From contig CAYVUW010000009.1 of the NCBI GenBank assembly GCA_964455175.1, forward strand, positions 4,065-68,064: a stretch of 64,000 bases of DNA, read 5' to 3'. The notes beneath the pieces were generated by a model. It was not told the origin of the DNA. It saw only the letters and a program-made list of their open reading frames with translations, and did no database searches. Made by a program: the position numbers and the translations under genes. This document shows positions 1-9,913 of this stretch, piece by piece. The first letter of the stretch is position 1. Each line of letters opens with the position of its first letter. The DNA is from an uncultured Acidobacteriota bacterium (lineage in GTDB: Bacteria > Acidobacteriota > UBA890).

Positions 1-2526
1 GCGGGCAGCCTAGTTGAGACGCGGGACGGTCGTTACGGCGTTCCCGCTAAGATGAACCTAATTGTCGGCAGGTTAACCTGTCACGAAAAGGGCTTCGGGT
101 TTGTTGTGCCGAGGGATCCGTCGCAGGCGGACCTCTACATTCCCCGTCGGAAACTTGGGAACGCTCTCCACGGCGATCTTGTAGTGGCCCGGCGCGAGGC
201 AATGCAGCGTGGCAAGACAGAAGGGCGCATTATCCGTTTGTTGAGGCGCGCCCGTACCCAGGTCGTTGGAAAGTTTGAAAGAGGCCCTCGTTTCGGCTAT
301 GTCGTGCCACTTGATGCCCGTATTGGTTACGAGGTCTTTATCTCAGAGGCTGAATCCAACGGTGCAAAGCCTGGCCAGGTAGTGTGCGCCGAGATTGTCT
401 CCTATCCAGAAGGTAATGGCCGTCGTAACCCCGAAGGCAAGGTTGTCGAGGTCTTGGGTGACCCAGACGATCCGAGGATTGATGTCGACGTTATCATCCG
501 TGAATTTGATCTTCCGCACGAGTTTCCGGCAGACGTGATTGCCGAAGCCGAGAAGATTGACACGGAGGTTAGTGAGGCTGATATCGACGGCCGCAAAGAC
601 TTTCGTGAAGTTGACGTTGTTACGATTGATGGTGAGAACGCGAAAGATTTCGATGATGCTGTTCACGTTAAGAAGCTGCCCAATGGCAACTTTAAACTTA
701 CCGTTCACATCGCCGACGTTTCGGCATATGTGCCGGTAGGGTCAGCGATTGACAGAGAAGCGCAGTTGCGAGCAACGTCGGTCTACTTCCCGGATCGTGT
801 TGTCCCTATGTTGCCGGAGCGGTTGTCCAACGAGATCTGTTCTCTGAAGCCTGGCCTCGATCGCCTTGTGCAATCGGTCGAAATTGAAATCAATGCCGAG
901 GGGCGAACCGTCAACTATGAATTTCATGATGGTGTGATCTGCTCATCAGCCCGTATGACCTACAACGATGTCGCGGCTATTCTGGATGGGTCCGACGAGA
1001 AACTTCGGAAGAAGTACTCCGATCACGTTCAGCACTTGCAACTGATGTCCAAGCTCTGTGACATATTGCGTCGTCACCGTGGACATCGTGGCAGCATCGA
1101 CTTTGACTTGCCGGAGCCAGAACTGCTGATCAACATGCGTGGCGAAGTTGAGAACATTCAGCGCTCAGAGCGGAATGAAGCGCACCGGTTGATCGAAGAA
1201 TTCATGATTCGGGTTAACGAGGTAGTTGCCTCCCATTTTGCCTGGGAGGATGTCGTTTCGCTCTACCGCGTGCACGAAGGACCGGACGCGGAAAAGGTAA
1301 AGCAGTTCCGGGACTTTGTTGGTGGAATCGGATTGAGTTTTGGTGGCCGTGGGCAACCGAAATCAAAGGATTTTCAACGTCTTGTCGAGCACTTGGCAGG
1401 ACAGCCAGGTGAGCGCGTCATCATCTATTTGATGCTGCGAACAATGAAACAAGCACGATACCAACCAAATAATATCGGTCACTTTGGTCTAGCTTCGGAA
1501 CGCTACACGCATTTCACATCGCCTATTCGAAGGTACCCAGATTTGGTGATACATCGTCTGCAGAAGGCCGACCTGGGTAGCACTAAGCAACAGGAATTTG
1601 ATGTAGAGAAGCTACAAGCTGACTTGCAACGTATCGGTGTCGACTGCTCTGAGCGTGAGCGTAAAGCCGAGGAGGCTGAACGTCGCTACATCGATTGGAA
1701 GAAGGTCCAGTTTATGGCGGACAAGCTGGGAGATAGCTTCGAGGCATTTGTCACCGGTGTTCATGCTTACGGTTTCTTCGTTGAACTTGATAGTTTCTTT
1801 GTCGAAGGGCTGGTGCATATCTCCTCTCTCGACGATGACTACTACACTTTCGATGATCAGCGGCACACCTTGAAAGGGGTAAACAAGGGCCGTGCCATCA
1901 CGCTTGGCAACCGCGTGAAGGTGAAGTTTGTGAAGGTGGATAAGGGACGTCGACGTCTCGACTTCGCCCTTGAAGAGGGTCCCTTAGAGACTGGAATCAA
2001 GCCTTTCTCGTCCGCGAAAGATGGGCAGGAACGGACCAAACGTCCCACGCGCCGACGCAGACGCCGGAGTCCGCGCAAGACTGGGCCGGCGGGTGCGCTT
2101 GACGGAGATGCAACCCCCAAGGGGCCAGGTGAAACAGGCGGCAAAGGTGACGGCAAGGAAACTGGGGCCAGTGGAGCCCGTCGGCGGCGGAGTTCGCGTC
2201 GTGCCCGTGGACCGGGCGACGGTTCCAGGAATGCAAAGACTAACGCCGAGCAGAAGAACGACGATCCTGCGAAGAGCAACAGGGGACGTCGAACCAAGAA
2301 AAGCAATGCGAAGGAAGGCGCTGTCGAACCGAAACGTCGTCAGTCGTCCCGCTCGAGTCAGCGGAAGCGGACGGCAAGAAAAACGAGTCCGCAGGCCGCG
2401 GACAGTAAACGCACGCGGAGCACGTCTGGTCGCAAGAAGACCATCAAAACCACCACGAAGAAGGTCGAGAGTCCCAAAGAAGAGACGCAGCGTCCCAAGG
2501 TTAATCCCTATCTGACCGATTTGTAG
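1..2526 (+). CDS. rnr: Ribonuclease R, 5'-partial (runs off the window start)
   Basis: The frame is open from position 1. Codons before the ATG at 52 read ..LVETRDGRYGVPAK, which matches the region preceding the cold-shock domains of RNase R. Motifs seen: CSD motif GFGFVVP, RNB catalytic motif DGENAKDFDDAVHV, and a C-terminal S1 domain (GVHAYGFFVEL..GLVHISSL). The protein ends in a long Lys/Arg-rich tail. Confidence 0.9.
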   Translation, partial: AGSLVETRDGRYGVPAKMNLIVGRLTCHEKGFGFVVPRDPSQADLYIPRRKLGNALHGDLVVARREAMQRGKTEGRIIRLLRRARTQVVGKFERGPRFGYVVPLDARIGYEVFISEAESNGAKPGQVVCAEIVSYPEGNGRRNPEGKVVEVLGDPDDPRIDVDVIIREFDLPHEFPADVIAEAEKIDTEVSEADIDGRKDFREVDVVTIDGENAKDFDDAVHVKKLPNGNFKLTVHIADVSAYVPVGSAIDREAQLRATSVYFPDRVVPMLPERLSNEICSLKPGLDRLVQSVEIEINAEGRTVNYEFHDGVICSSARMTYNDVAAILDGSDEKLRKKYSDHVQHLQLMSKLCDILRRHRGHRGSIDFDLPEPELLINMRGEVENIQRSERNEAHRLIEEFMIRVNEVVASHFAWEDVVSLYRVHEGPDAEKVKQFRDFVGGIGLSFGGRGQPKSKDFQRLVEHLAGQPGERVIIYLMLRTMKQARYQPNNIGHFGLASERYTHFTSPIRRYPDLVIHRLQKADLGSTKQQEFDVEKLQADLQRIGVDCSERERKAEEAERRYIDWKKVQFMADKLGDSFEAFVTGVHAYGFFVELDSFFVEGLVHISSLDDDYYTFDDQRHTLKGVNKGRAITLGNRVKVKFVKVDKGRRRLDFALEEGPLETGIKPFSSAKDGQERTKRPTRRRRRRSPRKTGPAGALDGDATPKGPGETGGKGDGKETGASGARRRRSSRRARGPGDGSRNAKTNAEQKNDDPAKSNRGRRTKKSNAKEGAVEPKRRQSSRSSQRKRTARKTSPQAADSKRTRSTSGRKKTIKTTTKKVESPKEETQRPKVNPYLTDL

Positions 2527-2532
2527 ACGTTG

Positions 2533-3981
2533 ATGCCGAGTATGGAAAAATTCGAGACCGTTATCGGTCTCGAAATCCATGTGCAGCTGCAGACCGCAAC
2601 CAAGCTGTTCTGCGGTTGTACTAATGCTTTCGGTGGGCACCCCAACAGTCGTACCTGCCCGGTTTGTCTTGGTATGCCGGGAGCATTGCCGGTGCTCAAT
2701 CAAAAGGCAGTCGAGTTTGCCGTTCGGGCAGCTCTGGCGATTGGTTGCGAGGTGAATCTGCGGAGCCGTTTTGCCCGTAAGAATTACTTTTATCCCGACC
2801 TTCCAAAGGGTTATCAGATCTCGCAGTATGATCAGCCGATCGCTGGTCGCGGCGCGTTCTATTTTGATTGTGATGGGCGCCGTGCTGAAGTTCGTTTGCT
2901 TCGCCTGCACCTTGAGGAAGATGCCGGCAAGTCTATTCATAGCTCTATGCCTCGGTCAGGGACCAACAGCTACGTTGATTTGAATCGGTGTGGGGTGCCC
3001 CTCATTGAAATTGTCTCTGAGCCAGATCTGCGTTCGCCGGTAGAGGCCAGCGCTTTTGTCACTGCGCTTCGGAATACCTTGCTGTACGTCGGAGTAACGG
3101 ATGCCAACATGGATGAAGGCAGTTTGCGCTGTGATGCCAACATCTCTCTGCGACGTTGTGGCGAGGAACATCTGAACCCTAAAACCGAACTGAAGAACCT
3201 CAACTCATTCCGATTCTTGCGGCAGGCGCTGCGCTTTGAAGTTGAACGCCAGACCGCATTGCTTGAGGCCGGGCAGCCGCTTACCCAGAGCACGCGATTG
3301 TTTGACGAGCGCACTGGCAAGACGATATCAATGCGAGCCAAAGAGGAAGCACACGATTATAGGTACTTCCCTGAGCCTGACTTGGTGCCGGTTGTCCTCG
3401 ACGAGCCTGAAGTTACGAAAGCCTCTGAGGGCCTTCCTCAGTTGCCGCTTGCTCGCCTAGATAGATTCGTCGAAGAGCTTGGGCTTTCCTACGAAGTCGC
3501 CTCCATTCTGGTTGAGGAACGTATGCGCGCTGACTATTTTGAGGCGTTAATCGAAGCCGGCACTACAATTAGTGAGGCGAACAGGTGGGTAAGCAACGAA
3601 ATTGGCCGATGGTTAAACGACCACAATGCTGATTTTGCAGCTTTCCCGGTGCCTGCGAAAGTGCTTGCCAGTCTGGTGGAGGCGGTGCGAAGCGATGCTG
3701 TTCCAGCTGGAATGGCGGGGGAGGTGATAGACCGCATGGCTGAGACAGGAAGCGGTGTCGAAACTATCCTGGCTGAAGAAGACCTCCAACAGATCTCGGC
3801 CAGAGCCGAACTAGCATTGTTTGTCGACAAGGTCATCGAAGCTCACCCTAATGAGGTCAAGGCCGTCCGTGGTGGCCGAGATCAAGTGTTCGGATTCTTG
3901 ATGGGAGAGGTGATGAGGGCAACAAATGGGAAGGCAAATCCCGATACCGCCCGGAAATTGTTGCGTGAGCGAATCAAGTAA
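2533..3981 (+). CDS. gatB: Asp/Glu-tRNA(Asn/Gln) amidotransferase subunit B
   Basis: N-terminal FETVIGLEIHVQLQTATKLFCGC, and full-length similarity to GatB including the C-terminal YqeY-like tail. I prefer the ATG at 2533 over the track's TTG at 2530. Confidence 0.93.
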   Translation: MPSMEKFETVIGLEIHVQLQTATKLFCGCTNAFGGHPNSRTCPVCLGMPGALPVLNQKAVEFAVRAALAIGCEVNLRSRFARKNYFYPDLPKGYQISQYDQPIAGRGAFYFDCDGRRAEVRLLRLHLEEDAGKSIHSSMPRSGTNSYVDLNRCGVPLIEIVSEPDLRSPVEASAFVTALRNTLLYVGVTDANMDEGSLRCDANISLRRCGEEHLNPKTELKNLNSFRFLRQALRFEVERQTALLEAGQPLTQSTRLFDERTGKTISMRAKEEAHDYRYFPEPDLVPVVLDEPEVTKASEGLPQLPLARLDRFVEELGLSYEVASILVEERMRADYFEALIEAGTTISEANRWVSNEIGRWLNDHNADFAAFPVPAKVLASLVEAVRSDAVPAGMAGEVIDRMAETGSGVETILAEEDLQQISARAELALFVDKVIEAHPNEVKAVRGGRDQVFGFLMGEVMRATNGKANPDTARKLLRERIK

Positions 3982-4655
3982 TGATTCGTTGCTTCCACGT
4001 TACTAAGCGTTATGGTGCTATCACTGCTTTAACGGATATTAGCTTCCAGATCGATGAGGGGGAGTTTGTTTTCCTGACAGGGCAAAGTGGTGCGGGCAAG
4101 ACCACTCTCCTTCGCTTGTTGTATCGCGCTGAATTGCCAACCAGTGGCCAACTGATCGTTGCTGGACGCAACCTCGCAACTATGCCAAGGCGCCAGGTAC
4201 CACGTTTCCGCCGTCGGCTTGGCCTGGTATTCCAGGATTTTAAACTCATCGAAGATCGGACTGTGTTTGACAATGTTGCGCTGGTTGGTTTGGCCGTCGG
4301 TTTTTCTTTCACTGAGAGCCAACGGCGGGCCAGTGAGTTACTACGTTTGGTTGATGTGGATGGCCGTGCCCAGTTGTTTCCCGCTCAGGTTTCGGGGGGT
4401 GAACAACAGCGTGTTTCCATCGCAAGGGCTCTAATGACCGCACCAAAGTTGCTTTTGGCTGATGAGCCCACAGGAAACCTAGACCCGGAACGGGCCAACG
4501 AAATCATGCGTATCTTCCACGCTATCAATCGGAGTGGTACCACCGTGTTGGTGGCGACTCACGATGCCGACCTGATTGGCACGGTAGGGCGGCGCACACT
4601 GACCCTTGAGGCTGGCCGATTAAATACGTTGGCCGTAGCCTCTCAAGTGTCCTAG
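3981..4655 (+). CDS. ftsE: Cell-division ABC transporter ATP-binding protein FtsE
   Basis: Walker [13 protein letters not shown] signature [15 protein letters not shown], Walker [13 protein letters not shown]. The start overlaps the gatB stop (TAATG). It is followed by ftsX. Confidence 0.9.
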   Translation: MIRCFHVTKRYGAITALTDISFQIDEGEFVFLTGQSGAGKTTLLRLLYRAELPTSGQLIVAGRNLATMPRRQVPRFRRRLGLVFQDFKLIEDRTVFDNVALVGLAVGFSFTESQRRASELLRLVDVDGRAQLFPAQVSGGEQQRVSIARALMTAPKLLLADEPTGNLDPERANEIMRIFHAINRSGTTVLVATHDADLIGTVGRRTLTLEAGRLNTLAVASQVS

Positions 4656-5566
4656 TGATGCGGGCCGATCGTTACTTGAAGCTTTGCTTCGGAGAAGCGT
4701 TACGTGGCTTAGCTGGGCGTCGCCGCGCCGCGTCGTCAGCAGTCTTGATTATTGCACTATCACTCGTGGTACTGGGTGGGTTCTTGTTGGTTTCTCACAA
4801 CCTGAATGGCTTGCTTCATCGGTGGCGTGAGCGTGGGCACGTGCAGGTCTTTCTTGAGCCTGGCTTTACTGTTTCCCAGCAGCAGGCGGTCGCTGACGCG
4901 ATTCGGGAAAGCCCGGAAATTGACAGCTTCAGGTTTATGAGTGCCGACGAAGCGGCAACTCAGTTCCGAAATGATTTCCAAGAACTTGGTGACCTGCTTA
5001 CTTTCCTGGAAGAAAATCCTTTGCCAGCCTCATTTGTCATTACGGTGCGTGAAAGGTCCCGCAACGAGGGAGCGCTTTTAACTCTGGCGGAGAACTGGGA
5101 GACGCTGCCCGGTGTCGATGCAGCTCAATATGACCTGGAGGTTATCCGGCGTCTAGAACTTGGGGTCAATGGGCTTCGATTCGTTGGGATCGTCCTCGGT
5201 GGAGTTGTGTTGATTGCGGCGATCATAACCACGGCTAACGTGATCCGCGTTCTTGTCGTCGCCCGTCGCCGGGAGATCATTGTGCTGCGTTTAGTTGGAG
5301 CGACGGAGAGCGGCGTTCGTGGCCGTTTCTTGGCAGAAGGTGCGATTCAAGGGTTTCTGGGGAGTGTGTTTGCTCTGATGATTCTATATGCGATCTGCAG
5401 AATCGGGGTTTCGTTTGTGACCGCTGGAGGCCCCCCTCTGTTGTCGCTGGTTGAACTGCAATTCTTCAACGTTGTTTTGTTTGCCCAGCTGATTGGCTTG
5501 GGTGTCGCGGCGGGGCTGATCGGTGCGCTGCTAGCTTTTGGTGCGGCAGATAGCCTGGAGCAATAA
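4655..5566 (+). CDS. ftsX: Cell-division permease-like protein FtsX
   Basis: N-terminal TM helix, periplasmic domain and three C-terminal TM helices, sitting directly after ftsE. The start is GTG 4655 or ATG 4658. Confidence 0.85.
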   Translation: MMRADRYLKLCFGEALRGLAGRRRAASSAVLIIALSLVVLGGFLLVSHNLNGLLHRWRERGHVQVFLEPGFTVSQQQAVADAIRESPEIDSFRFMSADEAATQFRNDFQELGDLLTFLEENPLPASFVITVRERSRNEGALLTLAENWETLPGVDAAQYDLEVIRRLELGVNGLRFVGIVLGGVVLIAAIITTANVIRVLVVARRREIIVLRLVGATESGVRGRFLAEGAIQGFLGSVFALMILYAICRIGVSFVTAGGPPLLSLVELQFFNVVLFAQLIGLGVAAGLIGALLAFGAADSLEQ

Positions 5567-5586
5567 ACGGGAAACACCGTGACGTC

Positions 5587-7854
5587 ATGAACCGCATCAC
5601 CGAAAAAGCAACTCTTGAAGCTCTCGATTTCCCTGTGTTGGTGAAAGTTCTTGCCAGTTGGGCGCAGACATCCATGGGGAGAGAGAAGCTCGAAAAGATC
5701 AAACCGATTGCGGACCTGCACAAGATTGAGGAACGACATTCTGAGGTTGCTGAGTTACGTTCCTACATTGAGGGTGATGCGCCCCTTCCGTTGGCCCCGG
5801 CTTGTTCCCTCGAAGGGGTCCTGCGCGTGGCAGGCGTTGAGGGCAAGGTGCTCAACTTCGATGAGATGATGACGGTTTATCGCACGGTGCAGGTCGGGCG
5901 CACCGTGCGCCGTCAGTTCGCTGGGCACAATAGATTGACGCGCTTGTCAGCAATGGCGGATGCAATTCCTGACCTGGAACTACTCGTCGAGCAAATCAAA
6001 AAAGTTTTCGACGAAGAAGGCAAGATCCGCGATTCGGCTTCGACCGAGTTGGCAGCAGTGCGCCATAAAAAGCGCAAGGTAAGAGCGAAGCTCTTGGACT
6101 CGCTTGAGCAAATGGTAAAGAGGGACGACCCCCGAGGAGTATTGCGTGACCGCCTAGTTACGCAGCGTGGTGATCGTTACGTTGTGCCGGTACGAGCGGA
6201 GCATCGAAGTATTTTCCCTGGGGTGGTGCACGATACTTCATCGTCTGGCCAGACGATCTACGTCGAGCCCCTGGAATTCGTTGATCAGCAGAACATCTTG
6301 GTAGAGTTTGATCGTCAAGAGCAAGAAGAAGTCCAGCGACTTTTGGCCGATCTTACAGGCCATGTCCGCGCCGTGACTGGTGCTCTCACTGCAACTGAAC
6401 AAACCATTGCTAGTCTCGATGCTTGTCAAGCCATAGCGCAGTTTGCTGACATCATTGACGCCGTGCGCCCAATCGTGACTGATGGAGAATTATCGCTGCG
6501 CGGAGCGCGGCACCCACTGATGATCCCAGGCGTGACGGGGAAGAGGAATAGGCTAGGACCCGAAGCAACTGTTGGAGAGGAAGAACGGCCCAGCATTGAT
6601 GAAAGACGTGTGCCTCCCGTGCCGCTCGATCTGGAGATCGACAGCTCCACCCAGGCCCTGGTTATTACCGGGCCGAACACGGGCGGAAAGACAATTGTTT
6701 TAAAGACAATAGGGTTACTCACCCTGATGGCTCAGTGTGGTGTGCCCGTGCCTGCCGCGGTCGCACGGTTGAGCTGGCGGCCGAGGATCTATGCGGATAT
6801 TGGCGATGAACAAAGCGTCATTGCTAACTTGAGCACTTTCTCTGGCCATCTAACCAGAATTAAACAATTCTTGGACGACTTACTTCCCGGTAGCCTTGTC
6901 CTGCTGGATGAACTTGGCACCGGCACTGATCCAGCGGAGGGGGCGGCCCTTGGAATCGCGGTTCTTGAGCATCTTGCCAGCCTTGGAGCGATGACCATCG
7001 TTTCGACACATCACGATGCCCTCAAGGCCTTCGCTCATTCTTCTGGGTGCTCTCTGAACGCTTCAATGGAATTCGACAGCGAGTCGTTACAGCCGACCTA
7101 CACTTTGCGCATTGGCCGCCCTGGGCGAAGCAACGCATTTGATATCGCTGAGACGCTCGGCTTAGAAGCATCATTAGTTGAGCGGGCTCGGGGCTTGGTC
7201 GATATCAACGCGGCACAGCTTGATTCATTGATTCGTACTGTTGAGAACGAGGCTGAAGCTCTTGCCTCCGACCGAGAAGAGGTCCAGGAACAGCAAAGTG
7301 GTCTGGAGAAGGCCCATGCGGAATATGAGTCGCTTAATCGCGAGCTGGTTGAATTGCGCCAATCTCTTGTCAACGACGGTAGGGTAGCAATCGACGAGGC
7401 AATTAAACGGCTTCGTTCTCGAGGGGACAGCATGCTTACGGCATTGTCTAATGAGCTTGACGAGACTCGAAAGTCGCGTACCGCTCAGGATCGTCGAGCT
7501 CGCTGGGCTGCGCGGATCGGGGATGCTGATGCTGATGCTCGCCGGGTTTTGGATGCTGCGGTTGATCCTTCGGCATGGACGATGGAGAAGCTGCGGCCTG
7601 ATATCGATATCTTAGCTGCGGGTACCGTCCACGAAGTTCATACAGAAGGTGCGGGTGAAACCTTGCAAATCGATGACAACCTGGGGGCGCCGCTCAAGCG
7701 TGGGCAACTGGTACTTGTTAAGCCGCTTAATCTTCGAGGGCAGGTTGTCCGCAATTGGGTTCGTGATCCTGAATCAGAGGCCAGTGTTGAGGTGGATGTG
7801 CACGGCAAGCGATTGATTGTTTCTCGGGAACAGGTTCGACTTCTCGTGATCTGA
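5587..7854 (+). CDS. mutS2: MutS2-family ATPase (recombination/ribosome-rescue type), apparently lacking the C-terminal Smr domain
   Basis: Walker A ITGPNTGGKT, Walker B LVLLDELGTGTDPAEGAAL, STHH motif and a long coiled-coil. The C-terminus ends in a KOW-like segment (..GQLVLVKPLNLRGQVV..HGKRLIVSREQVRLLVI*) with no Smr-like sequence after it. Confidence 0.85.
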   Translation: MNRITEKATLEALDFPVLVKVLASWAQTSMGREKLEKIKPIADLHKIEERHSEVAELRSYIEGDAPLPLAPACSLEGVLRVAGVEGKVLNFDEMMTVYRTVQVGRTVRRQFAGHNRLTRLSAMADAIPDLELLVEQIKKVFDEEGKIRDSASTELAAVRHKKRKVRAKLLDSLEQMVKRDDPRGVLRDRLVTQRGDRYVVPVRAEHRSIFPGVVHDTSSSGQTIYVEPLEFVDQQNILVEFDRQEQEEVQRLLADLTGHVRAVTGALTATEQTIASLDACQAIAQFADIIDAVRPIVTDGELSLRGARHPLMIPGVTGKRNRLGPEATVGEEERPSIDERRVPPVPLDLEIDSSTQALVITGPNTGGKTIVLKTIGLLTLMAQCGVPVPAAVARLSWRPRIYADIGDEQSVIANLSTFSGHLTRIKQFLDDLLPGSLVLLDELGTGTDPAEGAALGIAVLEHLASLGAMTIVSTHHDALKAFAHSSGCSLNASMEFDSESLQPTYTLRIGRPGRSNAFDIAETLGLEASLVERARGLVDINAAQLDSLIRTVENEAEALASDREEVQEQQSGLEKAHAEYESLNRELVELRQSLVNDGRVAIDEAIKRLRSRGDSMLTALSNELDETRKSRTAQDRRARWAARIGDADADARRVLDAAVDPSAWTMEKLRPDIDILAAGTVHEVHTEGAGETLQIDDNLGAPLKRGQLVLVKPLNLRGQVVRNWVRDPESEASVEVDVHGKRLIVSREQVRLLVI

Positions 7855-7942
7855 GTATCATTTTCCAGTCGTGCAGCACACGATTAATTTGGCCCTCCAA
7901 TCGTGCTTGCTTGAATCGCGTCTTCGGGGTAGTACAAAGGGC

Positions 7943-9748
7943 ATGGCCTACCCACCAAGTTTCGTCGATGAAGTGCGACGCAGTACTGACCCCCTACAGA
8001 TCATTGGGGAAGTCGTAGAGTTGAAGCGTCGCGGCAGCCGTTGGGTCGGCCTTTGCCCTTTCCATAGCGAGAAGACACCCTCGTTCACCGTCAATGAAGA
8101 GGGTCTGTGGCATTGCTTCGGTTGTACTGCTGGTGGTGACATCTTCCGCTTCGTGATGGATCAGGAAGCTATGGGATTCACTGAAGCGGTCCGCTCTCTG
8201 GCAGAGCGTAGCGGCATTCCAGTTCCTCTGGAAGGGGGCCGGAGCCAGCAGTCTGGGCAGTCTGCCGTTGACAGGAACCGGGTTATGGCTGCGCTTGTTG
8301 CCGCCGATGGATTCTATCGAGAGCAACTTCATGGTTCTGAAGGCTCCAGGGCGCGCGAGTTCTTAGCAGAGCGTGGTTTTAAGGAAAACGTAGTACTTCA
8401 CTTTGGTCTCGGCTTCGCTCCGGATGAGTGGGAGGCTGTCCAGCAGCATCTTCTGGCAGCCGGTTTCAACGAACATGAACTAGAGGTCGCTGGCTTGGTA
8501 AAACGGCGAGAGACTGGTAAGGGAACTTATGATCGGCTACGGGACCGTGTCGTGTTTCCGATCCGCGACCCGCGTGGGCGCCCAGTTGCATTCAGCGGAC
8601 GTATCATCGGAGAAGGGGAGCCTAAGTATCTAAATTCACCGGAAACCATCACTTTTACGAAGAGTCAAACTCTCTACGGTCTTTTTGAGGCGCGCGAATC
8701 GATTAGTTCTAAGGGTTTCGTGCTTCTGGTTGAAGGAAACTTCGACCTCATCGCCTGTGCCCAATATGGTTTGCAGAATGTAGTGGCCCCTTTGGGCACG
8801 GCGTTCACAGAAGACCATGCTCGAAAGTTATCGCACTTCACGCGAAAAGCTGTTGTTGAATTCGATGGTGACCAGGCGGGCCAAGCGGCTGCTGAACGTA
8901 CCGTTGGTATCCTTCTAGGGAATGGATTTCAGGTGAATGTGGTGCGCCTTCCCCCCGAACATGATCCGGATTCGTTCTTGCAGACGGAAGGTGCCGAAGG
9001 TTTTCGTGCCGCTCTGAGTCAATCAGTCACCGGTTTGGATTTCATGATCCACCGCGCAGGAGAGCGGGCAGACCTTGATACCCCGCGAGGTAAGGCGGAA
9101 GCGCTTTCGTCGCTGCTTGCGTTTGTCGTACCGATCTCCAATAGGGTAGAGCGGGCCGAGTGGATTGCACGACTGGCCGAACGACTGCAAATAGAAGCCC
9201 GCCTGGTTGAAGATGCGGCAGCGGATGTTCAGGCTAAGGGAAGGCGCAGGCAAAATCGTGTACGGTCGAAGGCCAAGTCTTCAGAACAACAGGATAACGC
9301 CACCTCGTGGAAGGCACAGCTCGAGAAGGTAACGTTAGCTGAGAGTGAATTGTTGCGAGCGGTGCTTGAGCATCCTGAGTGGCGTGAACAACTTGAGGAG
9401 ATCTGTCCTCTCGATGCGATCCGGGATGCTCGGGTCCGCGCGTTACTGGACGCCGCCGCGACATGCGACGCGGACGGAGTTCCAGTGGACACTGGCAACC
9501 TTCTAGTGCGTGTCGCGCAAGAAGGTGCCAGCGCATTAATGTCACGGCTTCGACTTGAGGAGAAGAGCCCCTTAGATTGGGATTCCGCTCGCAACTGTGC
9601 GCTCGGGATTTACGATGACAGCTTAAGGCGAAGGCTGCGTGAAATTAACAAGGACATACGAGACGCGCTTGACTCAGACGATCACGAGTTATTTGGGCAG
9701 CTGAACAAGGAAAAAATAACGCTGGCAAAAAGAATAGGCTCAGTTTAG
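7943..9748 (+). CDS. dnaG: DNA primase
   Basis: Zinc finger CPFHSEKTPSFTVNEEGLWHCFGC, and TOPRIM motifs LLVEGNFDLI and EFDGDQAGQAAA. I prefer the ATG at 7943 (MAYPPSFVDEV..) over the track's GTG at 7871. Confidence 0.9.
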   Translation: MAYPPSFVDEVRRSTDPLQIIGEVVELKRRGSRWVGLCPFHSEKTPSFTVNEEGLWHCFGCTAGGDIFRFVMDQEAMGFTEAVRSLAERSGIPVPLEGGRSQQSGQSAVDRNRVMAALVAADGFYREQLHGSEGSRAREFLAERGFKENVVLHFGLGFAPDEWEAVQQHLLAAGFNEHELEVAGLVKRRETGKGTYDRLRDRVVFPIRDPRGRPVAFSGRIIGEGEPKYLNSPETITFTKSQTLYGLFEARESISSKGFVLLVEGNFDLIACAQYGLQNVVAPLGTAFTEDHARKLSHFTRKAVVEFDGDQAGQAAAERTVGILLGNGFQVNVVRLPPEHDPDSFLQTEGAEGFRAALSQSVTGLDFMIHRAGERADLDTPRGKAEALSSLLAFVVPISNRVERAEWIARLAERLQIEARLVEDAAADVQAKGRRRQNRVRSKAKSSEQQDNATSWKAQLEKVTLAESELLRAVLEHPEWREQLEEICPLDAIRDARVRALLDAAATCDADGVPVDTGNLLVRVAQEGASALMSRLRLEEKSPLDWDSARNCALGIYDDSLRRRLREINKDIRDALDSDDHELFGQLNKEKITLAKRIGSV

Positions 9749-9913
9749 TCGCTGCGGTACGGTATAGAGGATGGGGAGGAACATACTCTTGAGAACGCGG
9801 GCGGATGTTTTGCACTGACTCGGTAACGTATTCGGCAGATTGAAGCCAAAGCGTTGCGCAAGTTGCGTTACTCATCGCGCTCGAAGCAGCTCACGAAAAA
9901 GCCAAAGAAATAG
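9749..9913 (+). pseudogene. rpoD: Degenerate 3' remnant of a primary sigma-70 factor gene (region 4.2 only), with an in-frame TAA
   Basis: In the dnaG frame, directly after its stop, the sequence reads [53 protein letters not shown]. This aligns with the E. coli RpoD C-terminus [48 protein letters not shown]. The internal stop is at 9824-9826. No regions 1-3 are present. Confidence 0.7.

Noticed and set aside
1984-2940. 318-aa ORF on the minus strand spanning the rnr 3' end and the gatB 5' end
   Set aside because: It is entirely antisense to two confidently identified genes. Its composition is low-complexity and Arg/Pro/Gly-rich, as expected from reading the GC-rich basic-tail codons backwards. 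No motif was recognised.
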